Shown here piece after piece: positions 39,207-50,822 of a DNA stretch of 64,000 nt. This DNA is from Heptranchias perlo (Eukaryota), in assembly GCF_035084215.1 (NCBI RefSeq), contig NC_090361.1, positions 9,300,001 through 9,364,000 on the forward strand, in the 5' to 3' direction. The notes below the pieces were generated by a model. That model worked only from the letters and a program-made list of their open reading frames with translations. It did not search any database and was not told where the DNA came from. Numbering within the stretch: the stretch's first letter is position 1; every line of letters begins with the position of its first letter. The translations under genes were made by a program, and so were the position numbers.

Positions 39207-39575
39207 GTACAAGTAGCAACAATGAACAACATGTGAAGCAAATCTACGCTGTAAAGGGGAAGGATGTGACACTCACCTGCAAGTACAGAGACATTACCCC
39301 GAAGACAACCATGGAACTGAAAGTGAACCCAGATAACTCGAGCCTGTGGCCTGCTGAGGCACAGACAGTGATATGGCAACGTTACAAACAGCCCGAAAAC
39401 CAAATGAATAAACAGATCATTCTATTAACTGGTCGTTTCACATCAAAGGCTTCCTCGTCCAGTGCACAGCTCTACATCAAAGGATTACAAGTGACAGACG
39501 TTGGATTCTACTCCTGTCGCCCAGTTTTCACAGTTATTAAGGGCGAGTCTGATGTAACACAGCTGATTATCACAG
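39207..39575 (+). CDS. IgSF receptor exon 2: V-set Ig domain
   Basis: Acceptor ttttccag| and donor G|GTGGG. Motifs GKDVTLTC, VIWQR, GRF, AQLYIKGLQVTDVGFYSC, TQLIIT. Phase 1-1. Confidence 0.9.
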
Positions 39576-39679
39576 GTGGGTGCTGGTCTGGTGAAATCAG
39601 GTCCCCACAGGGTACGTGTGCAGACACATGTTTCCAATTGGCTGGGAGAGGGTTCTTGCAAAGTGGGAAATCCGACAAA

Positions 39680-41712
39680 GAAATAAAACAGCAGTGGGAA
39701 ATATTTAAAACGGTGATCAGTAGAGTCCAGGAGAAATATATCCCACTAGAACAAACTCGTCAGTAACGATACACCAGTAAAGAAATAAGGGCGAAATTGA
39801 AACTGAAGAGAAAGGCAACAAAGGAGAGGATGACAAAAGGGAATATGAAAAGGTTAGGAAAGAAGTAAAAAAGAAACAATTACGAAAGCAAAATGAAACC
39901 ATGAAATTAAATTATCAAGGAATATCAAAAAAAAAGTAAAGTATTCTACAGGCATATAAATAACAAAAGAAAAATTAGGATAGGAACAGGACCACTAAGG
40001 GATACACATGACAAACTCGCAATGATAGCGCAATGGCAGAAATATTAAATAATTGCATTGCTTCAGTATTTACCAGTGGGCAGAACATTAGAAGAGAGAT
40101 CAAAAAAGATGTAAAGGCATTTTAGATAGAAAGGGGGGAGATAATTGATAAACTAATTAAACTTAGAGAGGATAAAACCCCTGGTCCAGATGGATTGTAT
40201 CCATGCATATTACAAGAAGCTAGGGAAGAGATAGCAGAGGCACTATTACATATACATACAAATTCATTAGAAAAGGGAATAATTCCAGAGGACTGGCGGA
40301 CAGCGAAAGTGATTCCTATATTTAAAAAGGGAGATAGAACAAATCCAGGGAATTATAGACCAGTTAGCTTAACGTCAGTGGTAGGATAGACAATGGAATC
40401 CATACTCAAAGATGTAATAGAGAAACATCTAGAAACCAAAAATATAATAAAGAATAGTCAGCACGGATTTCAAAAGGGGAGGTCATGCTTTGACCAATCT
40501 TATTGAATTCTTTGAAGAAGTAACAGAAAGAGTAGACAAGGGCAATGTAATAGATGTAATATATTTGGATTTTCAAAAGGCCTTCGATAAGCATAAGTAG
40601 ACTCATGACTAAGGTCAGGGCACGTGGAGTCAGGGGACAAGTAGCAGAATGGATAGCAAGCTGGCTACAAAACAAAAAACAGAGTAGGGGTTAAGGGTAG
40701 TTACTCAAACTGGCAAAAGGCGGGAAGTGGTGTTCCACAAGGATCGGTGCTGGGACCACTATTGTTCAGATATACATATATACATATAAACTTTCTGGAC
40801 TCGGGAATTGGAAGTATAATTTCAAAATTTGTGGACGGCACCAAATTAGGGGGTATAGTTAATACTGAGGAGGACTGCGACAAAATACAATTAGACATTA
40901 ATAAACTTGCAGAATGGGCATGTAATTGGCAAATTAATTACTGTGAGGTGGTACATTTTGGTGGGAATAATGAGGTGGTCACATACTCCTTGGAAAATAA
41001 GAGTCTAAACAGGATAGAGGAACAGAGGGATTTAGGGGTACAGATACACAAATCACTAAAAGTAGTGGCGCAGGTTAATAAGATCATTAAAAAAAAAGCA
41101 AACCAAGCACTGGGGTCCATTTCTAGAGGGATAGTATTGGAAAGCAAAGAAGTTATGTTAAACTTGCATAGAACCTTGGTTAGACCACACTTGGAGTACT
41201 GCAAACAGTTCTGGTCTCCACACTATAAAGAGGATACTGAGGCACTGGAGAAGGTGAAAAAAACATTTACTAGGATGATTGCAGAAATGAGAAGTTGTAC
41301 CTATCAGGAAAGATTGAATAGGCTGGGGCTTTTTTCTCTAAAAAAGAGAAGACTGAGGGGTGACCTGATAGAGGTCTTTAAGATAATGATAGAGTTTGAT
41401 AGGGTAGATGGAGAGAAGCTGTTTCCACTTGCGGGGGAGACCAGAACTAGGGGCCATGAATATAAGATAGTCACTAACAAATCCAATATGGAATTCAGGA
41501 GAAACATCTTCACCCAGAGAGTGGTAAAAATGTGGAACTCGCTACCACAAGGAGTAGTTGAGACGACGAGCATAGATACATTTAAGGGCAAGCTAAATAA
41601 ACACATGAAGGAGAAGGGAATAGAAGGATACTCTGTAGGGGTAGATGAAGAAGGGTGGGAGGAAACTCACATGGAGCATAAACACCGGCATGGACCTGTT
41701 GGGCTGAATGGC
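39680..41712 (+). mobile_element. CR1 LINE ORF2 (about 2 kb, frameshifted) in intron 2
   Basis: ORFs 40195-40389 and 40747-41733: [50 protein letters not shown]. Confidence 0.9.
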
Positions 41713-42129
41713 TGTAAATTCTTTGTAGAGTGATTGGATATTGGTGATTGTTCTACAGTGATAGCTGGTGTCCATCGAACACTGGCTGAGACTGGCTCTT
41801 GGCCAACTGCTTATCACATTGGTAACATCTCAGGGCTCCTGCCAATGGCTCAGTGAGTAAATGGACCATATGATGCCATACTGGTGGAAACTCATGAGAT
41901 CCCAAGAAGGGCTGTTTGACGTTTTCTCCTGACGTTCACACGAGCTTTCCAGCAGGGCTTCACCAGAGGGCAATCAGGGGTGGGAATTTTGTCTGGTTTG
42001 CCCCTTCCTGACCCAGAGGGCTATGGCCAACTGCAGCACCCCCTGGCTGAGATGCGCCAACTCAGCACAGACCAGGGAAAAAACATGGCACCTTCTTGGT
42101 CTGCATGGCTCAGTAGCTTATTGGGTGGT

Positions 42130-42315
42130 TAATTGTATCCATGTGATCTATATCAATTAGTGTTAATTGTATTCAGGTGGTGCACATCAATTGTATCCAT
42201 TTATAAGAGAGTTGATCTAGGGTGCGGTGTGGGTGTAATGTGGAGTTCTGGGAATAAAGGCTTGGAAGCAACTGAAGACTCGGCTCTAGTATTTTATCCT
42301 TCGCCACCTGGCTGG
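42130..42315 (+). mobile_element. Partial solo LTR
   Basis: TATA-like 'tttataag' and 'aataaa'; homologous to 26047-26280. Confidence 0.5.
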
Positions 42316-42733
42316 TGATAGGGACCTCGGAATCTCTGGCTGGGAGGCGGAAACGGCCAATGACTCCTGCTTGCTATCCAGCAACCTCTCCTGAAATGTC
42401 GATGTGTGGACCTGGAGGTGAGGACACAATTGGCATGGCTTTGGATGAATATCCTGCAGCCTAGGCCTACGCATGGCTATCTGGGTTAGGTACCAAAGAG
42501 GCACAGCAACCATCGCCCCCCATGAGTCTGTGCCTTCAGCACGGGACGGGTTGAGAGAGGAGGATTGCTGAGGCAAAAGAATAAATATCTGTTTTCAACT
42601 TTTTTTTTAAAGTATGTACCTAAATAAATAATTACAAGTATGAACTGATAGCTGGGTTACTACACAAGTCCGAGTTCATTATTGCTCCTATTGTGGCAAA
42701 GTATTTTAATAATTTTCTCTCTTATTTTTTAAG

Positions 42734-43036
42734 CTTCACCAGCTTTTCAGGATACTTCCACCCTGCCCCAATTAGAGGTGAACAAAACCAGGACTCTGAG
42801 CTGCAAAATAGTCGGATTTTATCCAAAGCAGTTTAAGATGGAATGGTTGAAGGGCGGGAATCAGTTGCGTCAACAACATCTGCATGTCGCCACTAACCGG
42901 GACGGAACCTTCAGTGCCGAGTCCACAATTTTATTTGTACCACAGCTCAATGACCACAATAAAATGATTACTTGCAGGGTCACTCACCAATCTGTGAAGA
43001 CGCCTATCCAGTGGTCTCAAAAGCTCAACGTTTTAT
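42734..43036 (+). CDS. IgSF receptor exon 3: C1-set Ig domain
   Basis: Acceptor ttttttaag| and donor T|GTAAGT. C1 hallmarks LSCKIVGFYP, MEWLK, NRDGTFS, ITCRVTHQS. Phase 1-1. Confidence 0.9.
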
Positions 43037-43243
43037 GTAAGTACGGTACGGTCAGAACTTCCGGCAACAAAACACTTTTTCTTCCTCCTTCCCTGAAGGC
43101 GCTGAGTCCTTGCTGGGGGTAGGGCTGGACATGCAACAAGTATTTTCTAGCGACTTTTTAGACAGCGAGTTGTTACGATCTGGAATGCATTGCCCTGAAA
43201 GGGCGGCGGAAGCAGATTCAATAATAACTTTCGTGGAAACGTA

Positions 43244-44343
43244 GAAACATAGAAAATAGGAGCAAGAGTAGGCCATTCGGCCCTTCGGGCCTGCTCCGCC
43301 ATTCAAAATGATCATGGCTGATCGTCTAACTCAGTACCCTGTTCCCGCTTTTTCCCCATACCCCTTGATCCCTTTAGCATTAAGAAATATATCCATCTCC
43401 TTCTTGAATACATCTAATGACTTGGCCTCCACTGCCTTCTGTGGTAGAGAATTCCACAGGTTCACCACCCTCTGAGTGAAGAAATTTCTCCTCATCTCGG
43501 TTCTAAATGGCATTCCCCGTATCCTGAGACTGTGACCCCTGGTTCTGGACTCCGCAGCCATCGGGAACATCCTCCCTGCATCTAGTCTGTCTAGTCTGGT
43601 TAGAATTTTATATGTTTCAATGAGATCACCTCTCAGTCTTCTAAACTGAAGTGAATATAGGCCTAGTCGATCCAATCTCTCCTCATACGACAGTCCTGCC
43701 ATCCCAGGAATCAGTCTGGTAAACCTTCATTGCACTCCCTCCATGGCAAGGACATCCTTCCTCAGATAAGGAGACCAAAACTGCACACAATACTCCAGAT
43801 GTGGTCTCACCAAGGCCCTGTATAACTGCAGTAAGACATCCCTGCTCCTGTACTCAAAATCCTCTTGCAATGAAGGCCAACATACCATTCGCCTTCCTCA
43901 CTGCTTGCTGCACCTGAATGCTCACTTTCAGCGACTGGTGTACAAGGACACCCAGGTCTCGTTGCACCTCCCCTTTTCCCAATCTATCACCATTCAGATA
44001 ATAATCTGCCTTTCTGTTTTTACAACCAAACTGGATAACCTCACATTTATCCACGTTATACTGCATCTGCCATGTTCTTGCCCACTCACCCAACTTGTCT
44101 AAATCACATTGGAGCCTCTTTGCATCCTCCTCACAGCTCACATTCCACCCCAGCTTTGTGTCGTCTGCAAACTTGGAAATGTTACTTTTAGTTCCCTCAT
44201 CCAAATCATTGATATATATTGTGAATAGCTGGGGCCCAAGCACTGATCCCTGCGGTACCCCACTAGTCACTGCCTGCCACCTGGAAAAAGACCCGTTTAT
44301 TCCTACTCTCTGTTTCCTGTCTGTCAACCAATTCTCAATCCAT
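43244..44343 (-). mobile_element. Young CR1 LINE inserted into an older CR1 tail (about 43150-43240 and 44344-44490)
   Basis: ORFs 43854-44327 (GVPQGSVLGPQLF, SKFADDTK) and 43331-43702. The flanks join to form a plus-strand CR1 3' end. Confidence 0.9.
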
Positions 44344-44871
44344 GGGAATTGGATATATAATTGGAAAGGAAAACATTTGCAGGGCTATGGGAAGGAGCAG
44401 GGGAGTGGAACTAATTGGATAACTCTTTCAAAGAGTCGGCACAGGCACGATGGGCCAAATGGCCTCCTTCTGCGCTGTATGATTCTATGATCTTGCTCGA
44501 GCGACCATTCTTCACCTGTGAACCTTGTCAGTGGGCTATTCAACTGTGGGAGACATCACAGCCAAGCACAATCCTCTCCTCATGTCCACACAAATGCTGG
44601 AAAGTGATCAAGAATCCTGGTTGATTTTTCCCTTTCCCAGCTCAGGGGCACTTGAGGCCAATTCCAGCACCCTTACTACTGCCCAGGCTGTGATCAGCTA
44701 GCTCGGCACAGACCAGGGATCAGACAGACTGGGGCCTTCTGGTCTGCTTGGCTCAGTACCATGCTGGGCATTGATTCTGCCCACTAGGCTATTATTGTAT
44801 GTTACTTTTATCCACTGTTTCAGATATTATTTAAATGTTTGATATGATGCTCTCCGGTTCTTTTCTAACAG

Positions 44872-45150
44872 ATGGGCCTGTAGATCTTAGGGTGGAACCA
44901 GGGAACAATGTTGTGAAGATGAAAGGTGACCTGCTTGAGTTATCATGCAAGGCCAATAGCAACCCTCAAGCCCAAATGTCTTGGCTCCTAAATGGAAAGG
45001 TTTTGCTGACGGCTACAACTAATCATCTGATGATCAAGGTTGAGAACATCACATCCAGCAAGCAAGGGAACTACACCTGCTCCGCAGAGAACAAGCTGGG
45101 AAGGAGAGAGTCTGTGGTGATGGTCACTGTGATTGACAGACCGATATCCA
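44872..45150 (+). CDS. IgSF receptor exon 4: C2/I-set Ig domain
   Basis: Acceptor ttttctaacag|. (Y)GPVDLRVEP...LELSCKANSNPQAQMSW...QGNYTCSAENKLG...VTVIDRPIS. Donor A|GTTTGT is phase 1 and weaker than the others. Confidence 0.85.
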
Positions 45151-45199
45151 GTTTGTATCTCAGATTTGTACTGAAGACATCACAAGTTTTTTTTATACA

Positions 45200-45700
45200 G
45201 GATCATACAGCACAGGAGGAGGCCATTCGGCCCATCGTGCCTGTGCCGGCTCTCTGAAACAGCTACTAATTAATCCCACTTCCCCTTCTCTTACCCCATA
45301 GCCCTGCAAATGTTTCCTTTTTAACTATATATCCACTTCCCTCTTGAAAGTTACTATTGAATCTGCATTCCAGCTCGTAATAATTCACTGCATAAAAAAT
45401 TTCTCTTCATCTCCCCCCTGGCTTTTTTGCCAATTATCTTAACTTTGTGTCCTCTGGTTACCGACCCTCCTGCCGGTGGAAATCATTTCTTCCTATCTGC
45501 TCTATCAAAACCCCTCATAGCTTTAAACATCTCTATTAAATCTCCCCTTAACCTTCTCTGCTCTAAAGAGAACAATCCCAGTTCTCCAGTCTCTCCACAA
45601 AACTGATTTCCCTCATCACTGGTCCCATTCTGGTGAATCTCCTCTGTACCCTCTTCGAGGCCTTGACGCCTCCCTAAAGTGTGGTGTCCACAACAGAACA
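45200..45700 (-). mobile_element. CR1 LINE 3' fragment
   Basis: ORF 45483-45701 ([17 protein letters not shown]). Confidence 0.8.
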
Positions 45701-46136
45701 CAATTTTTTAAAATTTAGTTGTTTTGTTCTTTTTCTCTTTTCAATTTTCTCCTCCCTTCTTCCCAAAAATGCTGACTCACAGCTGGGTAGCAGTTCCATG
45801 CACCCTGGACACTCTCTAGTACCTCGGTCCTCACCCAAGGGTCGGCTATCACGGTGAGTGTTGGCGGGTAGTTCAACCATGAAGGGCCAACAATCCCGAA
45901 GGCAAACCCAAGACTGCTCTCGTCCAGCACGCACGTGTGCACACGTGCACTGAATGTTAACAGGGGATTTAACTGAGGTGTTCAAAATTATGAAGGGTTT
46001 TGAGAGAGTAGATATATACTTGAAAGGGAGAAATTTACAGGGCTATGGGAAAAGAGCAGGGGGAATGGGAACTGGATAGCTCTTTCAAAGAGCTGGCATA
46101 TGCATGATGGGCTGAACAGCCTCCTTCTGCGCTGTA

Positions 46137-47130
46137 TCGGTGACATCATCCGAAAACACGACATCAGGTTCCACACATATGCTGACGACACCCAGCTCTA
46201 CCTCACTGCTGCCTCTCCCAACCTCTCCACTGCTTCTCATTTATCACTCTGCTTGTCCGACATCCAGTACTGGATGAGCAGAAATTTTCTCCAACTAAAT
46301 ATTGGCAAGATCGAAGCCATTGTCTTCGGCCCCCACCACAAACTCAGTTTCCGAGCCACCAACTCCATCCTTCTCCCTGGCCACCATCTGAAGCTGAACC
46401 AGACTGTTCGAAACCTTGGAGTTCTATTTGACCCGGAGATAAGCTTCCGATCGCATATCTGCTCCATCACCAAGACCGTCCACTTCTACCTCTGTAACAT
46501 CTCCAGTCTCTGCACCTGCCTCAACTCATCTGCTGCTGAAACCCTCATCCATGCCTTTGTTACCTCTAGAATTGACTATTCCAATGCTTTGCTGGCCGGC
46601 TTCCCATCTTCCAGCCTCCTTAAACTTCAGCTCATGCAAAACTCTGATGCCCATATCCTAACTCGCACCAAGTCCTGTTCACCCATCACCCCTGTGCTCA
46701 CTGACCTACGTTGACTCCCGGTCCGGCAATGTCTCGATTTTTAAAATTCTTATCCTTGTTTTCAAATCCCCCCATGGCCTCACCCCTCCCTATCTCTGTA
46801 GCCTCCTCCAGCACTACAACCCTCCGAGATCTCTGCGCTCCTCCAATTCTTGCCTCTTGCGCATCCCCAATTTTAATCGCTCCACCATTGGCGGCCGTGC
46901 CTTCAGCTGCCTAGGCCCTGAGCTCTGGAATTCCCTCCCTAAACCTCTCCACCTCTCTCTCCTCCTTTAAGATGCTCCTTAAACCTACCTCTTTGATCAA
47001 GCTTTTGGTCACCTGTCCTAATATCTCATGTGGCTCGGTGTCAAATTTTGTTTGATGATCACTCCTGTGAAGAGCATTGGGACGTTTTACTATGTTAAAG
47101 GTGCTATATAAATGCAGGTTGTTGTCGTAG
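46137..47130 (+). mobile_element. L2 LINE 3' portion (about 1 kb) including RT motif
   Basis: ORF 46100-46714: FHTYADDTQLY, NFLQLNIGK, LIHAFVTSRIDYSNALL. L2 tail 'gctatataaatgcaggttgttg'. Confidence 0.9.
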
Positions 47131-47499
47131 TTGTATGATTCTATGATTTACCAGAAGGGATCACTGAATCTCTGGGCCCCGTCCCTCAGTGCGTCTCTGA
47201 GTTTCCTGCCCCTCAGATTCTGCTGATTTTACTTGCAGCATGATAGCGTACAATCCTGTTCGCTATCCATTGACTCCTGCTGGCAAGTCTGGATGGCAGC
47301 TGAAGATAGAATTGGGCTCAGCTGGGACCCCCTCTTCACCCCCACCCCCTGCCCCCACCATGGTTACATAGCCTGTCTACTCTTGCTGTCAAGACTCACA
47401 CTTGTGAAGTAACAGAGGCTACCTGGTACACAACGGTGCTTCCAGGAGAGATGGGGAGCAAGTTGGTTTAAAAAGTGAGTTGGTAATTCTGTGGAGTGC

Positions 47500-47753
47500 A
47501 ACTACATGGAATGTACAGCGCAGAAACAGCCACATTCAGCCCAACTGGTCTATGCTGGTGTTTATGCTCCACACGAGCCTCCTCCCATCCCTCCATCTAA
47601 CCCCATCAGCATGTCCTTCTATTCCTTTCACCCTCATGTACTTATCTAGCTTCCCCTTAAATGCATCTATGATATTCGCCTCAACTATTCCTTGCGGTAG
47701 AGATTTCCACATTCTAACCACTCTCTGGGTAAAGATGTTTCTCCTGAGTTCCC
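47500..47753 (-). mobile_element. CR1 3' fragment abutting the TM-exon acceptor
   Basis: ORF 47536-47721 (MWKSLPQGIVEANIIDAFKGKLDKYM). Confidence 0.75.
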
Positions 47754-47767
47754 CGTTTGTATTGCAG

Positions 47768-47856
47768 ATGTAATTGCCAGGTACACGTTGGTTATTGCGG
47801 TCAGCCTCAGTGTTGTGCTACTCCTGATCATCCTGATACCCGTCGCCACATGTGCT
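47768..47856 (+). CDS. IgSF receptor exon 5: transmembrane segment
   Basis: Acceptor attgcag|, (N)VIARYTLVIAVSLSVVLLLIILIPVATCA, donor |GTAAGT. Phase 1-0. Confidence 0.85.
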
Positions 47857-47962
47857 GTAAGTACCTTTTACCTTCTTTTGGAGTTCATCCTCCTCCCGCT
47901 CAGAGCCTGCTTACCAACCTGCTTCTCGAGTAACTGCATCTTATCAGGGAAGCCCTCGAGCG

Positions 47963-48150
47963 AAAAATAACATTATTGCAGGTGCTGGAAATCTGAAAAC
48001 GGAAACAGGACAGGCTGCAAATAGACAGCAAGGCCCGGCAGCATCTGCGGAGAGACCGAATTCAGATCCTAAGACACTTGCTCGGGTGTCCTTGATGCCT
48101 GAAACGTCTCCACAGATGCTGCCTGGCCTGTGGAGCATCTCCAGCCTTTT
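47963..48150. mobile_element. Degenerate palindromic copy of the 29890-29993 Penelope-type repeat
   Basis: 'gcagcatctgcggaga' ... 'tctccacagatgctgc' inverted arms; remnant 'cctgaaacgt'. Confidence 0.5.
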
Positions 48151-48214
48151 CCACTTCAGTTTACAATTAAGCGGTGGTGGGATAAATGTGTCAATCACGG
48201 TGTCTCCCTTTCAG

Positions 48215-48268
48215 ATCGTAAAGAGGTGCAGAGCGACAAGGTGGCAGGAGGAGGAACCGGTTTACATG
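48215..48268 (+). CDS. IgSF receptor exon 6: cytoplasmic (IVKRCRATRWQEEEPVYM)
   Basis: Acceptor ccctttcag|, donor |GTGAGT, phase 0-0. Basic stop-transfer residues. Confidence 0.8.
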
Positions 48269-48369
48269 GTGAGTGTGAATGTGAGCGTTGTGTGTACATG
48301 AGTGAGGGACAGCAGTAAGGCCCCTAGGATTTCCAGACATTGGATCCAGTCAATGACCTTTCTTTGATA

Positions 48370-48631
48370 TGATGTGGAGATGCCGGTGATGGACTGGGGT
48401 TGACAATTGTAAACAATTTTACAACACCAAGTTATAGTCCAGCAATTTTATTTTAAATTCACAAGCTTTCGGAGGCTACCTCCTTCCTCAGGTGAACGAT
48501 GTGGAAATGAAATCCTCGAAATGAAGTCGCATTTATAATTCACAGAACAATGCTTGGTGAGTACAGACAGTTTTTTCAACTGCCCGTTGCCAAGGCAATC
48601 AGTGTGCAGACAGACAGGTGTTACCTGCCAG
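48370..48631 (-). mobile_element. Penelope-like element 3' remnant with intact hammerhead motif (minus strand)
   Basis: 11-bp TSD tttctttgata (48359-48369 and 48632-48642). Minus strand ttcac-CTGAGGA-aggaggtagcctcc-GAAA-gctt-gtgaa. Confidence 0.75.
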
Positions 48632-48829
48632 TTTCTTTGATAGTCATTGTGCTACAAGCCTGGGACCATTGTTAGTGACGAGCCATTCCATGAGGAAGTG
48701 CACAAGAATGGGGTTTTATCCTCAGTTTTCTCCCATCCCTCCCTCCCAAACCCATTGACTCTTGCTGAGGTACATCACTGGTCACCCATGTGTTAGCCAT
48801 GAGAGTGAGTGTTGGCAGGTTGTTTGACT

Positions 48830-49232
48830 CTGGTCCGGCAATGCCTCGATTTTAAAATTCTCATCCTTGTTTTCAAATCCTTCCACCCTGTGACTTCCTC
48901 TAACCCTACAACCCTCCAAAATCTCTGCGCTCCCCCAATTCTGGCCTCTTGCACATCCCCGATTTTCCTTGCTCCACCATTGGCGGCCGTGCCTTCAGCT
49001 GCCTGGGCCCTAAGTTCTAGAATTCTCTCCTTAAACCTCTCTGCCTCTCTACCTCCCTCTCCTCCTTTAAGATGCTCCTTTAAAAGCTACCTCTTTGACC
49101 AAGCTTTTGGTCACCTGTCCCATTATCTCCTTATGTGGCTCGGTGTCAAATTTTGTTTGATAATCGCTCCTGTGAAGCCTTGGAACATTTTACTACGTTA
49201 AAGGTGCTATATAAATGCACATCGTTGTTGTT
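48830..49232 (+). mobile_element. L2 LINE 3' fragment
   Basis: Same as 46720-47125. Confidence 0.8.
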
Positions 49233-49975
49233 GTGGGGAATCACAGCCGAGTGTGATCTTGGAATGACTCGATGTCTACACAGACTCACCTTCCACAACG
49301 AGTCACTTGATTGTGATCAAGAGCTGATATTCCCTCCACCCCACTCTTCCCCCCTGCCCCCAACTTATCCTAGGAGTGCTGAGACATTTGGAGCCTCTCT
49401 CCTACCATCTGGACTGAGATCAGTCAACATGGCTCAGATTCGAACCTTCCTGGTCTCTACGTCTCTGGTGCAGTTACCCACGGAGCTGTTGGGGGAGCCA
49501 GGTCTGGCCCACTGTCCTGCATTCCCAGTAGCAGCAACTGTTTCCATTGCTGGGAGCAGGGATGACCTTCCACCCCTCTGTAACCCTGAGGTCACCGCTA
49601 GGGTGCAGTTAGAGCTCTACACTCAACACAGCTTTGATTTCTTCCTATTTTTGGATGAGGAAGTAAGTCTCTTGGGTTGCCTGTTGCTCACCGTGAGAGA
49701 GCCCTCTCCATTAAGCCCATTACCCACAGAGTTTAGGAACAGGAGTAGGCCATTCAGCCCCTCGAGCCTGTTCCTTCCTGTAGGCTAACAGGAAGTGGTG
49801 TGCAGCACGGAATGGACAGGATAAGTTGAGGGGGGAAGGAAACAACATGGGATTACACCTCAGTCTGTACCTGCCCAGCCAGTTCAGGAAAGCTGCAGAT
49901 GTGCCCACTCTGATGTATCTGTCAAGACCATGATTCAGAACGACTCCCTAGTGGTTATGCTTTTCTCCCTTTAAG

Positions 49976-50053
49976 GTGTCTTCACAGCCCACCGCTGATG
50001 TTTATGATACTCTGACCACAGCCGGTACTGAGGAACCCAGCGCCCAGCAAAAG
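49976..50053 (+). CDS. IgSF receptor exon 7: cytoplasmic (VSSQPTADVYDTLTTAGTEEPSAQQK)
   Basis: Acceptor ctccctttaag|, donor AAG|GTAACT, phase 0-0, YxxL motif. Confidence 0.75.
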
Positions 50054-50822
50054 GTAACTAGCTGCAGGCAGAAGCTGATGAGGCGGGTGAGGAGCCTGGG
50101 GGTGGGGGCAACTGTGCTGCTGGGTACCAGTGCACAGGTCCAGGTTACTCAGGTCTCTGAGCAGCAGAGGCTGGGAACAGTTCACTTGCTCAGCCTCACA
50201 GCAATGGGAGGGTGTATGCAGGTGGGTATGGGGGCCGTGTCTGGATGGTATTCATTGGATGGGTGGGGTGGGTATGACGTTTGGGGGCCGTGTCTAGATG
50301 GTATTCAGTGTTTGGGTGGGGTGGGTGTGATGTTTGGGGGCCGTGTCTGGATGGTGTTCAGTGGGGAGGGTGTATTGGGTATGGTATTTGGGGTGGGTGT
50401 CCAATTGGTGTTACTCATATACCGTGATGGAAACCTTCAGAAGTGCCACCCATCAGTTTCCATGGAAACTCGAGCTGTATTTCTCCAAAGGAATCGGACC
50501 CATTTCTGATTCCTTTCTTTACTTTTACTTACCACAAGCTCTGGGAAGCTTTTGTCCATTGTATTTTTTTGTGATCCTCTCAATTAGACATTAACTGAAT
50601 GTTAAGGAATTTTGTCCTGTTCACTGAGAAGTGGACTAAAATAGATCAAGGTTATTTTCCTGGGAATTTTAGCAGCCACTGGGGAAGTCCTTGATCCCCC
50701 CCACTCCGTGTGAACTGGGTTCCTGGGTTTGAGACTCTACTGAAGCCAATTGTAATACACTGCACCACCCAGCCCCCCGTCCGGTGGGTCTCACTAACCT
50801 CTGCTTTTCATTTCTTTTTAAG

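Noticed and set aside
39529-39567. CACAGTT just after the V-domain YSC codons, as a possible recombination signal sequence
   Set aside because: No ACAAAAACC-like nonamer at 12- or 23-bp spacing. The exon already encodes its own G strand and splice donor, so the gene is non-rearranging.
49976-50509. 177-aa ORF
   Set aside because: Only the first 26 codons are exonic; the rest is intron with GT-rich degenerate repeats.
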